From the NCBI GenBank assembly GCA_003644385.1, contig QNCD01000001.1, positions 598 through 64,597 on the forward strand: a DNA stretch of 64,000 bases, read 5' to 3'. Under the pieces are notes generated by a model that did no database searches, had not been told where the DNA came from, and was given only the letters and a program-made list of their open reading frames with translations. Of the stretch, positions 8,924 through 19,515 are shown in pieces; position 1 is the stretch's first letter; every line of letters begins with the position of its first letter. The translations under genes and the position numbers were made by a program. The DNA is from Candidatus Omnitrophota bacterium. GTDB taxonomy: Bacteria; Omnitrophota; Gorgyraeia; Gygaellales; Profunditerraquicolaceae.

Positions 8924-9964
8924 CTAACAGATTCTTTTTAAGTAATTCTGGTAATTATTCTTTATGTCAATTAACGCGTCGCTGCCGAATTTGTCTAAAA
9001 GCGCCTCGGCTAATACAAAAGCTACGGCTGACTCGGCAATTACCCCTGCGGACTCAACCGCGCAGATATCTGAACGCTCGACTGTTGCTTTAGCCGGCTT
9101 CTTGCTATTTATATTCACTGAATCCAAAGGATTAAGTAACGTAGATATAGGTTTCATGCAGGCGCGAATAATAATATTTTCTCCGTTAGAAACACCGCCC
9201 TCAATACCCCCGGCATTATTGGTCTTCCTGTAAAAGCCTTTGGCCTTGCTGTAGTAGATAGCGTCGTGCACCTGGGAACCGAATTTATCCGCACAGGCGA
9301 ATCCCATGCCGATTCCCACTGCTTTTATTCCCGGTATGGACATAATACTCTGCGTAAGTTTTGCGTCTAAACGCCGGTCAGCGCTGACATAGCTACCTAA
9401 GCCAACAGGTACGCCCTTAGCGATTACTTCAAATATACCTCCGAGAGTATCTTTTTTATTTCTGGCTTCTCTGACTTTTTTCAGGATCGCTGCTTTCTTA
9501 GATTCTGCACCGATAGATACAGATCTGCTGATTATTCTTATTTTAAACTCCTTTAAAAGCATTTTGCAAATTGCTCCAATGCCTACCCGGGCGGCAGTTT
9601 CACGCGCAGAAGCACGCTCCAACACGCACCTTATATCTTTGAAGCCATATTTTAATGCCCCGGCTAAATCCGCATGCCCTGGCCGAGCAAACTTAACTGT
9701 TCCAAGTCTCTCAATGCTAAAATCTTTATTCTCGATCAATATGGCAATCGGGCTGCCCAGGGTAACGCTCCCCTTTAAACCGGAAATTATCTGGGCTTTA
9801 TCTTTTTCAATCTGCATGCGCTTACCGCGGCCAACCCCCTGCTGCCTGCGCCTTAATTCATGGTTTATTTTTAAAGGATTAATTTTTAATCCTGCGGGCA
9901 TGCCTTCTAAAATAGCAACCAGAGTTCTTGCGTGTGATTCACCTGCGGTCAAGTATCTTAACAT
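8924..9964 (-). CDS. aroC: Chorismate synthase
   Basis: MLRYLTAGESHARTLVAILEGMPAGL N-terminus and internal conserved AroC blocks. Confidence 0.9.
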   Translation of the reverse strand: MLRYLTAGESHARTLVAILEGMPAGLKINPLKINHELRRRQQGVGRGKRMQIEKDKAQIISGLKGSVTLGSPIAILIENKDFSIERLGTVKFARPGHADLAGALKYGFKDIRCVLERASARETAARVGIGAICKMLLKEFKIRIISRSVSIGAESKKAAILKKVREARNKKDTLGGIFEVIAKGVPVGLGSYVSADRRLDAKLTQSIMSIPGIKAVGIGMGFACADKFGSQVHDAIYYSKAKGFYRKTNNAGGIEGGVSNGENIIIRACMKPISTLLNPLDSVNINSKKPAKATVERSDICAVESAGVIAESAVAFVLAEALLDKFGSDALIDIKNNYQNYLKRIC

Positions 9965-9967
9965 TTT

Positions 9968-10549
9968 TTACTCCTTCCATAATCCGCGCTGATTTGCGCG
10001 GGCTTCTTGGTATAACTTTAAAAATAAATCCGCGTGTTTTACGTTCGGAGGTATAGTCATTAAAGAAGCAAACCCTTCTTCTATAATCTTGGCGTTGACA
10101 AAAATTCCGTTGTGTAAATAAACATAAGCCAGGAGGCGGCCGTATATATCGTATTTTTCTACGTCAAACTCAAGGCGCACGCGCTTACCTTCTACCAAAC
10201 CCCTGGTAAATTTATAAGAGCGTTTACCCAGTGCAATAATCGTAGCAATATCCCGGCCTGATTCACGGCTATCGCGGCGTAATTTATTAGATTCATGCAT
10301 TTCCGGAGTATCTATGCCGATTAATCTTACCCTTTCTCCGGACTTAAGCTGTAGGGTGTCGCCGTCAACCACCCGCTTAACCAAGATATCGGCATAATCA
10401 TAGGACTTGCCAAAAGGAAAACTGAATTTACTTTTTTGCGAATAATCAACCCTGACTGATTCAGCGGCGAATAACCGGGGTGCAGTTACGAATATTACAA
10501 AAATTATAACATAAAATAAAATTTTCATCCCTATCCTATTCATTCCCAA
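9968..10549 (-). CDS. Secreted staphylococcal-nuclease-like thermonuclease (SNase domain)
   Basis: Signal peptide, then VVDGDTLQL...RLIGIDTPE...YGRLLAYVY (SNase catalytic blocks). Confidence 0.75.
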   Translation of the reverse strand: MGMNRIGMKILFYVIIFVIFVTAPRLFAAESVRVDYSQKSKFSFPFGKSYDYADILVKRVVDGDTLQLKSGERVRLIGIDTPEMHESNKLRRDSRESGRDIATIIALGKRSYKFTRGLVEGKRVRLEFDVEKYDIYGRLLAYVYLHNGIFVNAKIIEEGFASLMTIPPNVKHADLFLKLYQEARANQRGLWKE

Positions 10550-10574
10550 TGAATTTCAAGGCCCAGTCTTAAAT

Positions 10575-11126
10575 TTAGATTTTGCCGGCGACTATACCCG
10601 CCAAAACCACAATATCCTCTATATGAAATATCTTATTTATGCTTTTGTCAAAGAGTATGTTTGCTTCGGCAGTAAATTCGCTATCCTCTTGCCAAAGAGT
10701 AATCAATACAGGAACACCTTCAAATACCTCTAAAACTACGGAGGTATCGGCATAATTTACTTTTTTTCCCGAAAACCTATCCAGGGCATCAAGCAGGCCT
10801 TGCGAATTATTACCGTACTTTCTGATAATCGGCTCAATTGCCCTCTTTCTGAACGCCCCAGCATAACCCTCTACACCTGACAATTCCTTGAAAGAGACCC
10901 ATTCGCTGGTTAAATCAGGCAATCCCTTGAGTCTGCTGATGAGGTAATGTAGAATTAAAACGCTAAAAAAATCCTTTGCCGCTACATTAGAGGATAAAGA
11001 TAATATTTTTCTTTCTTTTAAATCCAGGCTGTATTCATCGCCTAAAAATTTAAGCGAAAGAACTTTATCCGGCCCTAATTTAATAAGTTCTTCCCAGGCC
11101 AAACTTTTAGCTGCTTCGTAAGCCAT
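10575..11126 (-). CDS. Hypothetical protein (possibly DUF3786-like)
   Basis: 183 aa soluble protein. My recollection of a resemblance to DUF3786 is weak. No catalytic motif recognised. Confidence 0.35.
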   Translation of the reverse strand: MAYEAAKSLAWEELIKLGPDKVLSLKFLGDEYSLDLKERKILSLSSNVAAKDFFSVLILHYLISRLKGLPDLTSEWVSFKELSGVEGYAGAFRKRAIEPIIRKYGNNSQGLLDALDRFSGKKVNYADTSVVLEVFEGVPVLITLWQEDSEFTAEANILFDKSINKIFHIEDIVVLAGIVAGKI

Positions 11127-11279
11127 GCTTTCCCTTAATCTTAACCCTACAAAGGGGTACGGCCCTAAAAAAGCCTTAAATTCATATTGTAATCTTTTTT
11201 ATTAGATAAATCAACAATTTTAGATTATAATACATTAATAACCGATTGGCTAACTTTAAGTTGTAATAAAAGAGATAAC

Positions 11280-13175
11280 ATGGCTCAAACTCTAAACATA
11301 ACCTACGACCGTTTTCAGCGCGAGGCAATTGATTATATCAACCAGGGCCATTCCGTAATTGTCTCTGCGCCCACCGGAGCGGGAAAGACTGTAATTGCCG
11401 AACACATTATCTCTACCTCAATAGAGAAAGCAAGAGGGGTAATCTATACCGCTCCCATAAAAGCGCTCTCCAACCAGAAATTCCGCGATTTCCAGGGTCA
11501 ATTCCAGGAGAATATCGGCATCCTGACCGGCGATGTCTCCCTGAATGCCGAAGCCCCGGTCTTAATTATGACTACGGAGATCTTCCGCAACAAAATCCTT
11601 GACCAGCCGGATAGCCTTAAAAAATACTCCTGGGTGATTTTTGACGAAGTGCATTATATCGATAACCCCGAGCGTGGAACAGTCTGGGAGGAATCGCTGA
11701 TATTCCTACCGCAGCATATGAATATCCTCTGCCTCTCTGCTACTATACCCAATATCCAGCAATTGGCAAAGTGGATCGAATCCATTCATAAAAAGAGCGT
11801 TAAAACAGTGGTTGAAGAAAAAAGGCCGGTCCCCCTGCATTTCTTTTTCCAATGCCATAACCAGATTTCAGACCATATAAATATTTTAAAAAGAACGGCT
11901 GGTGGAAGAATAAACCGGCTACATGCGCTGGTAAGCCACCTAAGGCAAAAAGATTACCTGCCCTGCATATATTTTGTCTTTGACAGGAAAAAAGCCGAAG
12001 ACCTGGCTTCTGACCTGGCTAGTTTTGATTTTCTAAACAGAAAAGAGCGTGAAGAAATGGAAAGGCTCTATAATTCGCTCTGCCAACGCTTTGACCTGAA
12101 AGATGAAAAGTCCGCCCAACTCATCTATCCGCTTATACGCCGGGGAATTGCCTTTCATCACGCAGGCATGCTACCGACGCTAAAAGAAGTCATAGAAAGA
12201 TTATTTACCAGCCGCCTCTTAAAAGTAATATTTACTACCGAGACCTTTGCATTAGGAATAAATATGCCCAGCCGTTCGGTAATCTTTGACGGATTAAGGA
12301 AATTTTACGGACGCTACGTCAGGAATTTAAAAACCCGCGATTTTTACCAGATGGCAGGCCGCGCAGGCAGGCGCGGTATTGATAAGGAAGGTTTTATTTT
12401 CTGCCGGGTGAACCCGCGCCGGGTCAACTTCGAGGATATAAAACGCATTATTTACGGCCGGCCGGAAGAAGTACGCAGCCAGCTGAATACATCCTATGCT
12501 ACCCTGCTTAACCTTTATGAAAAATATAAAGAAGACCTTTTTAAAATCTATCCCCTCTCCCTGCATAATTTCCAATCGCGCAAACACGAACAAAAAGAGG
12601 CCTTAAGATTACTGGGAGCAAAATTAAATTTACTTCAAAATCTAAACTATATCCAAGGACACAGCTTAACGGATAAAGGCAGATTTGCCAAGGCAGTCTA
12701 CGGATATGAGCTGATGCTCGCCGAACTCTATGAACAGAATTTACTGGAATATCTGGATGAGTTCGGATTAGGAGTGTTGGTTGCGGCAATAGTCTTTGAA
12801 CCGCGCAAAAATCAGAATATGCAGAAACTCTCTAAAACCGGACGTAAAATCAGGCGCGTCTGCGAAGAAATATACGCAGGAATCAAACGCAGGGAAGCCA
12901 AATACCGGATATACCCTTTCAGTAAACAGCCTTATTTTCATTTAAGCAGCTGTATAGAAGCATGGCTGCGCGGAACGGATTTTGAAAAAATACTGCGTTT
13001 TACCGACACCGATGAAGGTGAATTAATACGCTATTTTAGGATGGCGATTCAGATATTGCGGGAAATGCTGCAGGCACCGGTAATCTCCCCGGTTTTAAAA
13101 GAAAGAGTCAAAGAAACTATCAGGGTAATCAACCGGGACCTTGTAGATGCGGAAAAACAACTGCGCAGTCAATAA
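11280..13175 (+). CDS. Ski2/HelY-like DEVH-box SF2 helicase
   Basis: Walker A SAPTGAGKT, motif II FDEVHYI, SAT (SATIPN), a helicase C domain (HHAGM, QMAGRAGRRG) and a DSHCT-like C-terminus. Confidence 0.8.
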   Translation: MAQTLNITYDRFQREAIDYINQGHSVIVSAPTGAGKTVIAEHIISTSIEKARGVIYTAPIKALSNQKFRDFQGQFQENIGILTGDVSLNAEAPVLIMTTEIFRNKILDQPDSLKKYSWVIFDEVHYIDNPERGTVWEESLIFLPQHMNILCLSATIPNIQQLAKWIESIHKKSVKTVVEEKRPVPLHFFFQCHNQISDHINILKRTAGGRINRLHALVSHLRQKDYLPCIYFVFDRKKAEDLASDLASFDFLNRKEREEMERLYNSLCQRFDLKDEKSAQLIYPLIRRGIAFHHAGMLPTLKEVIERLFTSRLLKVIFTTETFALGINMPSRSVIFDGLRKFYGRYVRNLKTRDFYQMAGRAGRRGIDKEGFIFCRVNPRRVNFEDIKRIIYGRPEEVRSQLNTSYATLLNLYEKYKEDLFKIYPLSLHNFQSRKHEQKEALRLLGAKLNLLQNLNYIQGHSLTDKGRFAKAVYGYELMLAELYEQNLLEYLDEFGLGVLVAAIVFEPRKNQNMQKLSKTGRKIRRVCEEIYAGIKRREAKYRIYPFSKQPYFHLSSCIEAWLRGTDFEKILRFTDTDEGELIRYFRMAIQILREMLQAPVISPVLKERVKETIRVINRDLVDAEKQLRSQ

Positions 13176-13198
13176 AGTATAACTGCGCAGTTTAAATA

Positions 13199-13687
13199 TT
13201 ACTTAGCTAATGTTGCGGTTGCGGTTGTGACTATCATCCATTTACCATTGTTGCAAGTTCCATAAATTTCATCACCAAGGCCATCATGCGAGCTGCTCAC
13301 AATGAATTTTCCGTTCAAATTATCAAGCTTTGATATTTGCCAACCAAATGTTGCATTATCACCTAAGGTCTGACCAGGCTCAAGCGATTCAAACACTGCC
13401 TTCATTAAGTATCCTACCTCGGTTAGAGAAAGCTTTGACAGCATTGCAGTTATAACCTTCACTGCTGCTTTCATTTTTCCTTTTTCAATTAATCCTATTA
13501 CTGTCTCTACTTTTTTCGCAACTTGCGATGATGGAATCTTAAAAACCCTCTCACGAGGAATTGGATCATTAAGACCCCTCTCACGAGGAATTGGATCATC
13601 AGAAGGAATCGGTATAGGATTAGCATAAGTCATCCCCACTGAAAACACCAAGATTAAAATACTCAAGGTTGAAATTAATCTTTTCAT
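13199..13687 (-). CDS. Hypothetical secreted protein with DPIPRER tandem repeat
   Basis: Signal peptide; a 30-bp DNA tandem duplication encodes DPIPRERGLN/DPIPRERVFK. No family recognised. Confidence 0.4.
   Translation of the reverse strand: MKRLISTLSILILVFSVGMTYANPIPIPSDDPIPRERGLNDPIPRERVFKIPSSQVAKKVETVIGLIEKGKMKAAVKVITAMLSKLSLTEVGYLMKAVFESLEPGQTLGDNATFGWQISKLDNLNGKFIVSSSHDGLGDEIYGTCNNGKWMIVTTATATLAK
13546..13605. repeat. 30-bp perfect-to-near-perfect tandem duplication (x2) inside a CDS
   Basis: ccctctcacgaggaattggatcatt(aagac/cagaag) is repeated head-to-tail. Confidence 0.8.
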
Positions 13688-13712
13688 CTCTATCTCACCT
13701 CCTTTTTTCTTT

Positions 13713-14375
13713 TTATTTCCATTTTACAACTAAATCCTCTACAGGTAGAAAGTCTACCTTATTTATATAATAGAAAACCCTGTTATTCTTAGCTTCTGTT
13801 TTATCCGGTTGATAAGAAAGTTTTACCTCCCTAAAATCAGCGGGGACACTGACTATAAACTTAGCCTCTTCTAGAGCTTTTCCCCAGCCCTGGGTAGTGG
13901 TAGTTATATAAGTTGCCTCTTTGTCTTTAAACGCCTGGTTATACTCTATGAGTATACACTTAGTTGCCCCGGCAGCTATTTTTAAGGGCCAAAGAACGCC
14001 CTCTTCTTCTTGAATGAATTGCACACTCTCTCTATTTTTGCCATCTATGTAGTTAATTGAAATCTGATGCGGATAACTGTGATATCTGTCTATAGGAAAA
14101 GGGTACAATATCACCAACTCTTCTTCTTCTGAGAATTTATTTCTAATGTAATATATTCCCTCTACGTTTAGCTCACCCTTATCTATGGAGAGAGTAACTT
14201 TCTCTTTAAAGAAATCAAAAGGGTACTTATCTGCCTGGGCAATATAAGGTAAAAATGTAAAAATGGTAAGAATTACTCCTATTACCAATGCCTTTATTTT
14301 TTTCATATCTCCTTGCATTTGTTTTCTATTCTTATCTTTAGACTCAAGCATTCTTCTAATAAAAAAACCGAGCAC
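13713..14375 (-). CDS. Hypothetical secreted protein
   Basis: Internal signal-peptide-like segment (KKIKALVIGVILTIFTFLPYIAQA), so the true start may be internal. No family recognised. Confidence 0.4.
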   Translation of the reverse strand: MLGFFIRRMLESKDKNRKQMQGDMKKIKALVIGVILTIFTFLPYIAQADKYPFDFFKEKVTLSIDKGELNVEGIYYIRNKFSEEEELVILYPFPIDRYHSYPHQISINYIDGKNRESVQFIQEEEGVLWPLKIAAGATKCILIEYNQAFKDKEATYITTTTQGWGKALEEAKFIVSVPADFREVKLSYQPDKTEAKNNRVFYYINKVDFLPVEDLVVKWK

Positions 14376-14620
14376 CCCACTACCTTTTAGGGTAACTCGG
14401 CTATCAAAATAATTAAAGCTAAATGCCTACAGTAAAATTCTCTTTTCACGATCCGTGGCTTCCTAATCCAATTCCTGTTGGATTTGGTTTTATCGTAAAT
14501 TAATAAAAACTTTTTAAAAGTATTTAATAAAGAACAAAAAAATACAAACAAAGTATACTATAATTAAAGCTAGTTTTCAAGGCAAGAAATCTAACTTTTT
14601 TTTCTGATAACAAAATTCAA

Positions 14621-15586
14621 TTAACGCCCGAATCCTTTTATGTGATTAAGGTAATCTTTTAAAATCTGCTTATGGTCAAAAGCGAACTCTAACTTATTGA
14701 TTTTATTGATAGTTACGACTCTTGCCCCTTTGGCATCATCCCCTGCTTGAGGTTGACCCTTAGCTTTAGCTATAAAAACCGTGCCTATTGTATGAAATCG
14801 CGGGTCACGGCTGGGCTCGGAATAGGTATGAAATTGCCTTACATCTTCTAAATCTAAGCCGGTCTCTTCTTTTACCTCTCTCCTTACCGCATCTTCTAAA
14901 CTCTCTCCGTAATCCACAAAACCGCCAGGTAAGGCCCAACCAAAAGGTGGATTACTTCTTTCAATTAAAACAATTCCTCCTGGGACTTCTATGATCGCAT
15001 CTACTGTAGTAAAAGGGCCTTCCTGTAATTTATTCATCATATATTCCAAATAATGAAAAACATTCTTTTTAAATGCCTGGTAAGCTTCTTGCTCGTACAA
15101 ACAAAATATAACTTCTTCAAGATTGGATTTATTCTCTCTCAAATGCTTAAAAACTTCCTGGGCCATGATTTTGGCTGCTGCCGAATAAGGAAATCCGCCC
15201 TCGCCGCAACCCAGGGCAGGGAAAGCGATTGATTTTAATTTTAATTCTTCAGCCAGCTTTAAACTGTTCTTGCAGGAACTTCTTATTTTAACCTCATCGG
15301 TCCTGGAATTCTCATCCATAGTCGCGGCGTGAACGACGTATTTGGCCTTGAGGCTTCCGGCGCCTGTTGAGACGGCCTTGCCGGCTTCAATAGGCGCTTT
15401 TTTTAATGCCTCCTCTTCGATTAGCCCGCCCCCTTTTCTTTTTATTGCAAGAGCCACTCCTGCCGACATAGTCAGTTTGTAATTAGCAGTATTGACTATT
15501 GCCTCAGCTTTAAGATCGGTAATATCTCCCTTTACAACCTTAAGCTCAGTACCTCTAATACGCATATTCTTCTCCTTTAAATCCAA
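14621..15586 (-). CDS. Macro domain - NUDIX hydrolase fusion protein (ADP-ribose processing)
   Basis: N-terminal macro domain ([18 protein letters not shown]...GGG...VVHAATM). C-terminal Nudix box [24 protein letters not shown]. Confidence 0.75.
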   Translation of the reverse strand: MDLKEKNMRIRGTELKVVKGDITDLKAEAIVNTANYKLTMSAGVALAIKRKGGGLIEEEALKKAPIEAGKAVSTGAGSLKAKYVVHAATMDENSRTDEVKIRSSCKNSLKLAEELKLKSIAFPALGCGEGGFPYSAAAKIMAQEVFKHLRENKSNLEEVIFCLYEQEAYQAFKKNVFHYLEYMMNKLQEGPFTTVDAIIEVPGGIVLIERSNPPFGWALPGGFVDYGESLEDAVRREVKEETGLDLEDVRQFHTYSEPSRDPRFHTIGTVFIAKAKGQPQAGDDAKGARVVTINKINKLEFAFDHKQILKDYLNHIKGFGR

Positions 15587-15987
15587 AGCACAGCCTTTTC
15601 GTTGAATTTTTTGCTGAATTTAATCAGGGCGTAAAAAATCAATATTCCTAAAGTATCGATTGCGATGTCAGTAATACTGCAGTTACGTTTAGGAACAAAA
15701 AATTGATGCAGTTCATCGGAAACAGCATAAAGAAAAGAAAGCATAAAAGGTAAAATGCGTAAAAAACGGGTATTCAAACTAAAAGATCCTTTGACCGCCC
15801 GGTACAAAAGCAAAGTAAGAATAAAATATTCTCCAGCGTGCGCGATTTTTCTTAAAATAAAATCCCAAAGGCTGCGTACTACTCCCAGCTGGCTGAGCCC
15901 GGAAACAAAGAAAATCACGCCGCACCAGATAATCACCGGAATCCATAATTTTAGAGTTCTCATTATTCTTCGGGTACGGTGTACCAA
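15577..15987 (-). CDS. VanZ-like family membrane protein
   Basis: 4 TM segments, with [13 protein letters not shown] and a SDELHQ...DIAIDTLG pattern typical of VanZ-like proteins. Confidence 0.65.
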   Translation of the reverse strand: MVHRTRRIMRTLKLWIPVIIWCGVIFFVSGLSQLGVVRSLWDFILRKIAHAGEYFILTLLLYRAVKGSFSLNTRFLRILPFMLSFLYAVSDELHQFFVPKRNCSITDIAIDTLGILIFYALIKFSKKFNEKAVLWI

Positions 15988-16016
15988 GTAGGCGTACTGA
16001 AATTCACTAAAAAAAT

Positions 16017-17525
16017 TTATCGATCCTTGCTCTGTACTCGGTACTCCGTACTCCGTACTTTACTTATAATTTGCCTGGCTTTTAACAAAGCCTGCTTCTT
16101 CGTCTTAATCCTTCCTATTACCTGCAGTTCTTCTAATTCAGAAAGAACTTTGCCGATTAAAGGCGAAGGCTGGAGTTTAAATTTTTTGATTAAGTCATCG
16201 CCGTTAACCAGCCGCACTATTTTTTTCTCTTTCCTGCTCTTAAAATATTCTTTTAATAACTGGGCTATTACCTTCTCATGCTGCTCTCTAGAAAGGCGGG
16301 TGGTAAGCCTTCCCTTTGTGGCGCGCTGGTCAGCCAGCGATAATAAAAGCGTACTTATGGATTCTTCGGCTGCATCGCGGAAAAATCTGAATTTTGCCCG
16401 CGCCGTGAGCACTTCGTTATCCGCAAGATACCCCGGCCTTAAGTGCCATAATACCATCTTCTTTAAGGCCTCCAGCTCATCCTTTGATAACTTAAGGCGC
16501 TTGGCAATATTCTCGGTCATTTCAAGGCCGATCCTCTCGTGGCCGTGGAATTTAATCTTTCCTTCTTCTACGCGCCGCGCCTTGGGCTTGCCGATATCAT
16601 GCATTAATGCGCCTAATTTTATCAAGGCAGAACGTCTGCGTTCATAAGTAATCTCTTTATTCAAATAGCCGTTTAAGTCCTTATTATTTTTTAATTCTTC
16701 GAATACGTTCTCCAGCTGTTTTAAAGTCTCTAATGTATGCTGCCAGACATCAAGATGATGATACGGCCCCTGATTCACGCCCCGCATCACCTCGATTTCC
16801 GGAAAGATGTTCTTCAAAACATTTAATTTATCCATTTCAGAGAAATATTTAAAGGAATCTGGCTGGCTTAACATCTTAAAGAATTCATCGCGGATACGCT
16901 CACCTGAAACTCTGGAGAGATGTTTTGCTTTTGTCTTTATCAATTTTAAAGTCCTTTTCTCTATTTTGCAATGGAATACACAGGCTAAACTGAAAGCGCG
17001 TAAAATCCTTAAAGGGTCTTCGTCGAAGGCCCTGGGATTTACTATCCTGATTACTCTCTTGGCTAAATCTTTTCTGCCTCCATAAGGATCAATTAGCAAA
17101 TCAGGTATATCTAAGATTTTTCCCTTGCCTTTTGCTGAGTTTAATAACTTCTCTAAATCCAGCGCAATAGAATTAAGTGTAAAGTCGCGATGCAGTAAAT
17201 CTTTTTCTAAGGTTGCACCGCGAAAATCAGTAAAGTCTAAAGTATAAATTTTGTCTTTTGTCTTTTTTACTGCACGGCTACAACCATGGGCCTTATCCAA
17301 GATTACAAATCCGGCTTTTAAATGCCTGCTTACCACCCGCCCAAAAGCAATGGCATTTTTCTTCAGGCAAAAATCGATATCCGGATTCTCTTTTTCTCTT
17401 TTAAGGAAGATATCGCGCAGATACCCTCCCACCAGGTAGACTTTTAGCTTTCTTTTTTTCGCCAATTTCAATATCTCTTTGAGTATCTTCTGATCTTTTA
17501 AGCAGTCTTTAAAAGAGGGGTTCAT
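16017..17525 (-). CDS. cca: CCA-adding tRNA nucleotidyltransferase with HD domain
   Basis: Pol-beta-like head (VYLVGGYLRD...DIDF), a tRNA-NT body and a C-terminal HD motif (MHDIGK...HGHE). Confidence 0.8.
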   Translation of the reverse strand: MNPSFKDCLKDQKILKEILKLAKKRKLKVYLVGGYLRDIFLKREKENPDIDFCLKKNAIAFGRVVSRHLKAGFVILDKAHGCSRAVKKTKDKIYTLDFTDFRGATLEKDLLHRDFTLNSIALDLEKLLNSAKGKGKILDIPDLLIDPYGGRKDLAKRVIRIVNPRAFDEDPLRILRAFSLACVFHCKIEKRTLKLIKTKAKHLSRVSGERIRDEFFKMLSQPDSFKYFSEMDKLNVLKNIFPEIEVMRGVNQGPYHHLDVWQHTLETLKQLENVFEELKNNKDLNGYLNKEITYERRRSALIKLGALMHDIGKPKARRVEEGKIKFHGHERIGLEMTENIAKRLKLSKDELEALKKMVLWHLRPGYLADNEVLTARAKFRFFRDAAEESISTLLLSLADQRATKGRLTTRLSREQHEKVIAQLLKEYFKSRKEKKIVRLVNGDDLIKKFKLQPSPLIGKVLSELEELQVIGRIKTKKQALLKARQIISKVRSTEYRVQSKDR

Positions 17526-17536
17526 AATAAAAGGGG

Positions 17537-18010
17537 TTATATTGTGAATATCCGGGCGGATAAAGAATCAAGGTCAACCAGCGCTATTGTGGACTCACCG
17601 CTCAACCAGCCGCCGCATTCACCCGGATTTACCAGAAGCTTATTATTTTGTTTCTTTACTAGAGGTTTGTGGGTATGGCCGAAAACCGCCAAATCCGAAT
17701 TATCTCTTTTAAGGCTTATTGTTTTGGGGTCATGGACAAGGGTAATTTTACGATTGCCCAGTTTCATTCTCAAAGGGCCCTTTCGGATCCGGTTTTTTGA
17801 GCGCTGCCTTAATCCCTGTGTTTCTCCGTCGTTATTCCCGAAGACCCCCTGCCAATTACAGTTAAGCTTATCCAATTTATCCAGGGTAAAAGGCGCGATG
17901 AAATCTCCGGCATGCAGGACATAAGCTACTTTATTTTTATTAAAAAGCCGGACTGCCTTATCTAATTTCTTTAAGTTGTCGTGGGTATCGGAAAGAACGC
18001 CTATTTCCAT
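17537..18010 (-). CDS. YfcE/MJ0936-family metallophosphoesterase
   Basis: GVLSDTHDN...HAGDF...GNND...GHTH metal-binding motifs. Confidence 0.75.
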   Translation of the reverse strand: MEIGVLSDTHDNLKKLDKAVRLFNKNKVAYVLHAGDFIAPFTLDKLDKLNCNWQGVFGNNDGETQGLRQRSKNRIRKGPLRMKLGNRKITLVHDPKTISLKRDNSDLAVFGHTHKPLVKKQNNKLLVNPGECGGWLSGESTIALVDLDSLSARIFTI

Positions 18011-18015
18011 AGATT

Positions 18016-18426
18016 TTAGAGATTTTTGTTAAAAATTTCGGATTGTTTAATTACCTCGTCGGCAACAAAGATAGGCGCAGCAGCCCTCACTGCCAGGGCA
18101 ATACTGTCCGAGGGCCGGGCATCGATAATCTTATTTTCCCCTGATTTTGTCTTGAGTACAAGCTTGGCGTGAAAAGTATTCTCTTCCAATCTGTCTATTA
18201 TGACCTTATCGATATTAGCCTGCAAGTTTTCTATTGTAGAATGCAGCAGGTCATGGGTCAGGGGGCGGGGAGGTTGAAACCCGCTTATTTTTAATTTTAT
18301 TGCCGAAGCCTCGTGCAGGCCGATTACGATAGGAAGTATTCTGTTTCCGTTTTTTTCTTTTAAAACAATTAACTGGTCGTGCCTCTTCTCATCGATTACT
18401 ATCTTGTTTAATTCCATTTCAGTCAT
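18016..18426 (-). CDS. Bifunctional nuclease (BFN/DUF151) family protein
   Basis: PIVIGLHEASAI...PRPLTHDLL...IDARPSDSIALAVRAAAPIFVADEV matches the DUF151 conserved blocks. Confidence 0.7.
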   Translation of the reverse strand: MTEMELNKIVIDEKRHDQLIVLKEKNGNRILPIVIGLHEASAIKLKISGFQPPRPLTHDLLHSTIENLQANIDKVIIDRLEENTFHAKLVLKTKSGENKIIDARPSDSIALAVRAAAPIFVADEVIKQSEIFNKNL

Positions 18427-18474
18427 CTCGATAATCTCCTTATCCTTACTGGGTTACAAAATAAATATCTGCTT

Positions 18475-18957
18475 TTATCTCTGGATTCTCAGAGGGCGCT
18501 TTTTGCCCTCGCTAAGTATATCTTTTAACTCCACCATAAACTGCCCCACGTCTTTAAATTGCCTGTAAACTGAGGCGAACCTTACGTATGCTACGTCGTC
18601 AAGGTTTTTTAATTTTTCCATTACCAGCTCTCCGATCTTGGAAGCGATAACTTCGCGGTCGGATTTTTTCTGTATTGCGCGCTCTATCTGCGCAACTACT
18701 TCTTCCATCTTCTCTATACTGATCGGCCTTTTTTCGCAGGCGCGCATTACTCCGGATAATATTTTTTTCCGGTCAAAAGGCTCGCGCCGGCCGTCTTTTT
18801 TTATAACCATCAGTGAAACTTCTTCGATATACTCGTAGGTTGTAAAACGTTTGCCGCACTTAAGGCATTCGCGCCTGCGCCTTATCGCCGACTCCTCGGC
18901 AGTAGCGCGAGAATCCACTACCTTGTCCTCTTTATATCCGCAATAGGGACATTTCAT
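18475..18957 (-). CDS. nrdR: Transcriptional repressor NrdR
   Basis: MKCPYCG...[10 protein letters not shown] zinc ribbon plus an ATP-cone. Confidence 0.9.
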   Translation of the reverse strand: MKCPYCGYKEDKVVDSRATAEESAIRRRRECLKCGKRFTTYEYIEEVSLMVIKKDGRREPFDRKKILSGVMRACEKRPISIEKMEEVVAQIERAIQKKSDREVIASKIGELVMEKLKNLDDVAYVRFASVYRQFKDVGQFMVELKDILSEGKKRPLRIQR

Positions 18958-19036
18958 CTTATATTAAGATGTCATTGCCAGCCTCCAGTAGCAGTAAATT
19001 GATAGTAGCTGAAAACTGAAAGTTGTTAGCTGACAG

Positions 19037-19513
19037 TTATTTGACCTTTCTTACCTTGATTTTTCCTTCTTTTAAGAACCTGCGCGCTAATTCATCAGGA
19101 TAATCTCCGGTTGTAACGATCTCCCTAACGCCGGCATTAATCAGCATCTTGGCGCAAATTATACATGGCTGGTTAGTAATATAGAGAGTGCTTTCTTTGG
19201 TGCTTACTCCGTATAAAGCCGCCTGTAAAATTACGTTTTGCTCAGCGTGCAGGCCGCGGCAAAGTTCATGACGCTGACCAGAGGGTATTTTCATTTTTTC
19301 TCTCAGGCAGCCGATATCTAAACAGTGCTCAAGTCCGGAAGGCGCACCGTTATAGCCGGTAGCCAAAATCTTTTTATCCTTTACCAAAACCGCTCCCACG
19401 CGGCGCCTAAGGCAGGTCGCTCTCTTAGAAACAAGTTGAGCAACCTCTAAAAAGTATTCATCCCACTTGGGCCTCTTAGGTATTTTTTTCCTTAACACTC
19501 TTTTCTTTTTCAT
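19037..19513 (-). CDS. dCMP/cytidine deaminase family (ComEB-like)
   Basis: HAEQN...[13 protein letters not shown] zinc-binding CDA motifs (H-A-E, PC..C). Confidence 0.8.
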   Translation of the reverse strand: MKKKRVLRKKIPKRPKWDEYFLEVAQLVSKRATCLRRRVGAVLVKDKKILATGYNGAPSGLEHCLDIGCLREKMKIPSGQRHELCRGLHAEQNVILQAALYGVSTKESTLYITNQPCIICAKMLINAGVREIVTTGDYPDELARRFLKEGKIKVRKVK

Positions 19514-19515
19514 TT

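Noticed and set aside
15979-16647. 222-aa plus-strand ORF
   Set aside because: Antisense to the cca 3' region, with no motifs. Shadow ORF.
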